A stretch of 64,000 nucleotides of DNA from Candidatus Eiseniibacteriota bacterium (GTDB lineage Bacteria > Eisenbacteria > RBG-16-71-46 > CAIMUX01 > VGJL01): NCBI GenBank assembly GCA_963792585.1, contig CAWBWI010000001.1, positions 704,001-768,000 on the forward strand, given 5' to 3'. A program made the translations under genes and the position numbers. Positions within the stretch are counted from its first letter, which is position 1; the number at the start of each line of letters is the position of its first letter. A model generated the notes under the pieces. That model saw nothing but the letters and a program-made list of their open reading frames with translations, ran no database searches and was not told the origin of the DNA. Positions 62,115 to 64,000 of the stretch are shown here, one piece after another.

Positions 62115-63575
62115 ATGATGAGTCTGCTGATCTGGATCGGAGCCGGACTGCTCCTCTGCCTCGTCGGCGGGTTCGCGGCGGCCGTTCGCCCGAGCCGGTC
62201 CAGCCTTTGGTTTCTGATCGCCACCCTGGGATTCGGTCTTTGTTGTTGGTTCCTCGGGATCCTAGGTCTCGACGCGCCGCCCCTCGGCCGGGCGATCTGG
62301 ACGAGGCTACTCTGGAGCACGCTCGTGCTGACCGTGCCCTCCTGGATCGCGTTTTCCAATGCCTTTGGACGGGGCGAGAACGTGGGCCGAAGCCGGGGGC
62401 AGCGGCCCCTGCTCGTCTTCTTCTGGCTCGGCGCCCTCATTGTCCTTGCGCTCGGGTTGGCGCGCCCGCCGATCGAGTACGAAGCCGCGAGCAAGCTCAT
62501 CGAACTCCGCCATCCGATGGGGCGTTGGGTGGTCATCTATGCGTTGGTGGGGCTCATCCTCGCTCTCTGGAATCTCCATGCGACGCTCGAGACGGCCCGC
62601 CGTGCGGGCAAGCGCCGCACAGCTTCTGCAATCTACGCGCTCGTTCCCCTGGTCGTGACCGGCATCTACCTGCTCGCCGACGTGCTCCTCTATGGGCAGC
62701 AGTGGAGGGCCAAGACGATCCTTCTCGTCCCCGCGGTCGTGGTCTCGATGGTCACCTTCGTGCTCGTCATGGGGCGCCGGCGTATTGCCGACCTCGGGGG
62801 AGCCTCTGGCCGACCGGTCGTGTACTCATCGCTGGTTCTGACCTCGCTGGGGTTTCTTTTCGTGACCATGGCGTTCGTGGCGCAGGTGCTCCGGATGACG
62901 GGCGTGGTCGCCGGACGATGGTACGAGCCGGCCATCGCGGCCGGTCTGATCCTCATCTTTGCGTTGACGATCTTTCCGGGCATCCGGGAGGAACTGCGCA
63001 GCTTCGCAGACCGTAACCTCAGCGTCTCCCGGTTCGAATACCGAACCCTCTGGCAACGCTTGAACATCGCCCTCTCCGCCGCCGGTGACATCGAGGATCT
63101 GGCCATCTCGCTCCACGACTTCCTCCGATCGATCTTCGGGCCCATCCGGATGCAACTCTGGGTGATCGCCCCGGACCACGCTTCCCTGGTCCCGATCGCC
63201 GGGGAACATGCGCAAGAGCTCCGCGATGAGAACCCCCTCGTGCGGGCCGTCCGCGACCGGCCCGACCCGGTCCTGATCACCGGGGAGGCGTCGCGGGTCG
63301 ACGAGATCCCTCTCCACGTCGCCTGCGAGGAAATGAGCCAACGCTATGGGCTGCGGGTCTTCTTCCCGATCCACGCCGGCGGAGACCTGGTCGGAATCTT
63401 GGCGTGCGGTTCGGGCGGCAGCCGGGTGCTCCATCCGGAGGACATCGAGCTTCTCCGCACGGTCACCGAGCACCTCGGCGGTGTCCTTGGAGTTCGGGGA
63501 TGGAACGCTCCGCTACGCGATCCCGCGGCAACGCCGCCGGCTATCGGGCGGAGTCACGGCGGGGTCGAAGCATGA
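62115..63575 (+). CDS. PrsK-like multi-TM sensor plus GAF domain, without a histidine kinase domain
   Basis: Many TMs, NLHATL, VVYSSL, RFEYR..W motifs resembling the PrsK N-terminus; GAF (FPI..GGDLVG..EDIELL); stop before any H-box. Confidence 0.68.
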   Translation: MMSLLIWIGAGLLLCLVGGFAAAVRPSRSSLWFLIATLGFGLCCWFLGILGLDAPPLGRAIWTRLLWSTLVLTVPSWIAFSNAFGRGENVGRSRGQRPLLVFFWLGALIVLALGLARPPIEYEAASKLIELRHPMGRWVVIYALVGLILALWNLHATLETARRAGKRRTASAIYALVPLVVTGIYLLADVLLYGQQWRAKTILLVPAVVVSMVTFVLVMGRRRIADLGGASGRPVVYSSLVLTSLGFLFVTMAFVAQVLRMTGVVAGRWYEPAIAAGLILIFALTIFPGIREELRSFADRNLSVSRFEYRTLWQRLNIALSAAGDIEDLAISLHDFLRSIFGPIRMQLWVIAPDHASLVPIAGEHAQELRDENPLVRAVRDRPDPVLITGEASRVDEIPLHVACEEMSQRYGLRVFFPIHAGGDLVGILACGSGGSRVLHPEDIELLRTVTEHLGGVLGVRGWNAPLRDPAATPPAIGRSHGGVEA

Positions 63576-64000
63576 CCGGACCGGGGACAATCGGGCGCCC
63601 GGAGGACCGCGCGTTCCATTCTACGGGCGAGCCGCTGCGCTCACCCATGGAGCTGATCGAACGCGACCGGGCCATGATGATCATCTTCGGCACGGCGGTC
63701 GTCGCCGTCATCCTCGTGGCCCTCTTGGCGATCCTCGGTTACGAGTTCAACCAGGCCCCGCACCGCATCTTCAAGGTCGTCGGGGGGGCGACCTTCGTTG
63801 TCGTCGTCTTGTCTCGCCCCACGTGGATTCCCTACTTCCTGTGCCTCGCATTCCCATATGCAACGTGGCTTCCCAAATCGCCGATCCCTCTGCTCAACGC
63901 GACAACGATCCTGACCCTCGGAGCCTGCGTGGGGATCACGATCCTGTCGCTGCAGCGCAGAACACACCCGATCGTGCCGACCCGACTGAATGCGCCGATC
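63572..64000 (+). CDS. Membrane protein, possibly O-antigen ligase/Wzy-like polymerase (runs off the right edge)
   Basis: Open from ATG 63572 (ATGA overlap): ..MIIFGTAVVAVILVALLAILGY..WIPYFLCLAFPYATWLP..; function inferred from EPS context only. Confidence 0.55.
   Translation, partial: MTGPGTIGRPEDRAFHSTGEPLRSPMELIERDRAMMIIFGTAVVAVILVALLAILGYEFNQAPHRIFKVVGGATFVVVVLSRPTWIPYFLCLAFPYATWLPKSPIPLLNATTILTLGACVGITILSLQRRTHPIVPTRLNAPI

Overview
High-GC bacterial chromosomal window with no rRNA, CRISPR array or mobile element. Gene content (FlgD/T9SS-like C-terminal domains, a 'TWGxxR' C-terminal tail, PEP-CTERM/exosortase, archaeal-type ProRS) suggests, by inference, a diderm FCB-affiliated candidate lineage such as Ca. 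Eisenbacteria/Latescibacterota. It carries two divergent tRNAs (Leu-CAA, Ala-GGC), housekeeping genes (terC, clpP, dCMP deaminase, trmB, mrp, maeB, tyrA-like, proS, cutA), two ABC exporter clusters, glycosyltransferases, an S55 peptidase/beta-propeller pair, an extended exbB-exbD-exbD-tonB operon and the start of a PEP-CTERM/exosortase exopolysaccharide locus. At least eight genes have single-base frameshifts, most likely assembly indels. Most interesting: (1) a sigma-54 signalling module in which an FG-GAP protein, a degenerate kinase-NTPase-TPR protein and a GAF enhancer-binding protein are followed by a palindromic enhancer-like site and two -24/-12 promoters, one before an unannotated 23-aa peptide ending GRAGW and one before a ZU5-like lipoprotein with an HFS motif; (2) tandem paralogous secreted proteins that differ in their C-terminal tail (PEP-CTERM versus 'VPTHATTWGKVRGLFR'), pointing to a second protein-sorting signal; (3) a kinase-less PrsK-like sensor, a dehydratase fused to a degenerate phosphoglycosyl transferase, membrane-anchored coiled-coil proteins heading the TonB operon, and an orphan extremely basic 128-aa protein. 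All calls are from motif reading only; no searches were run.
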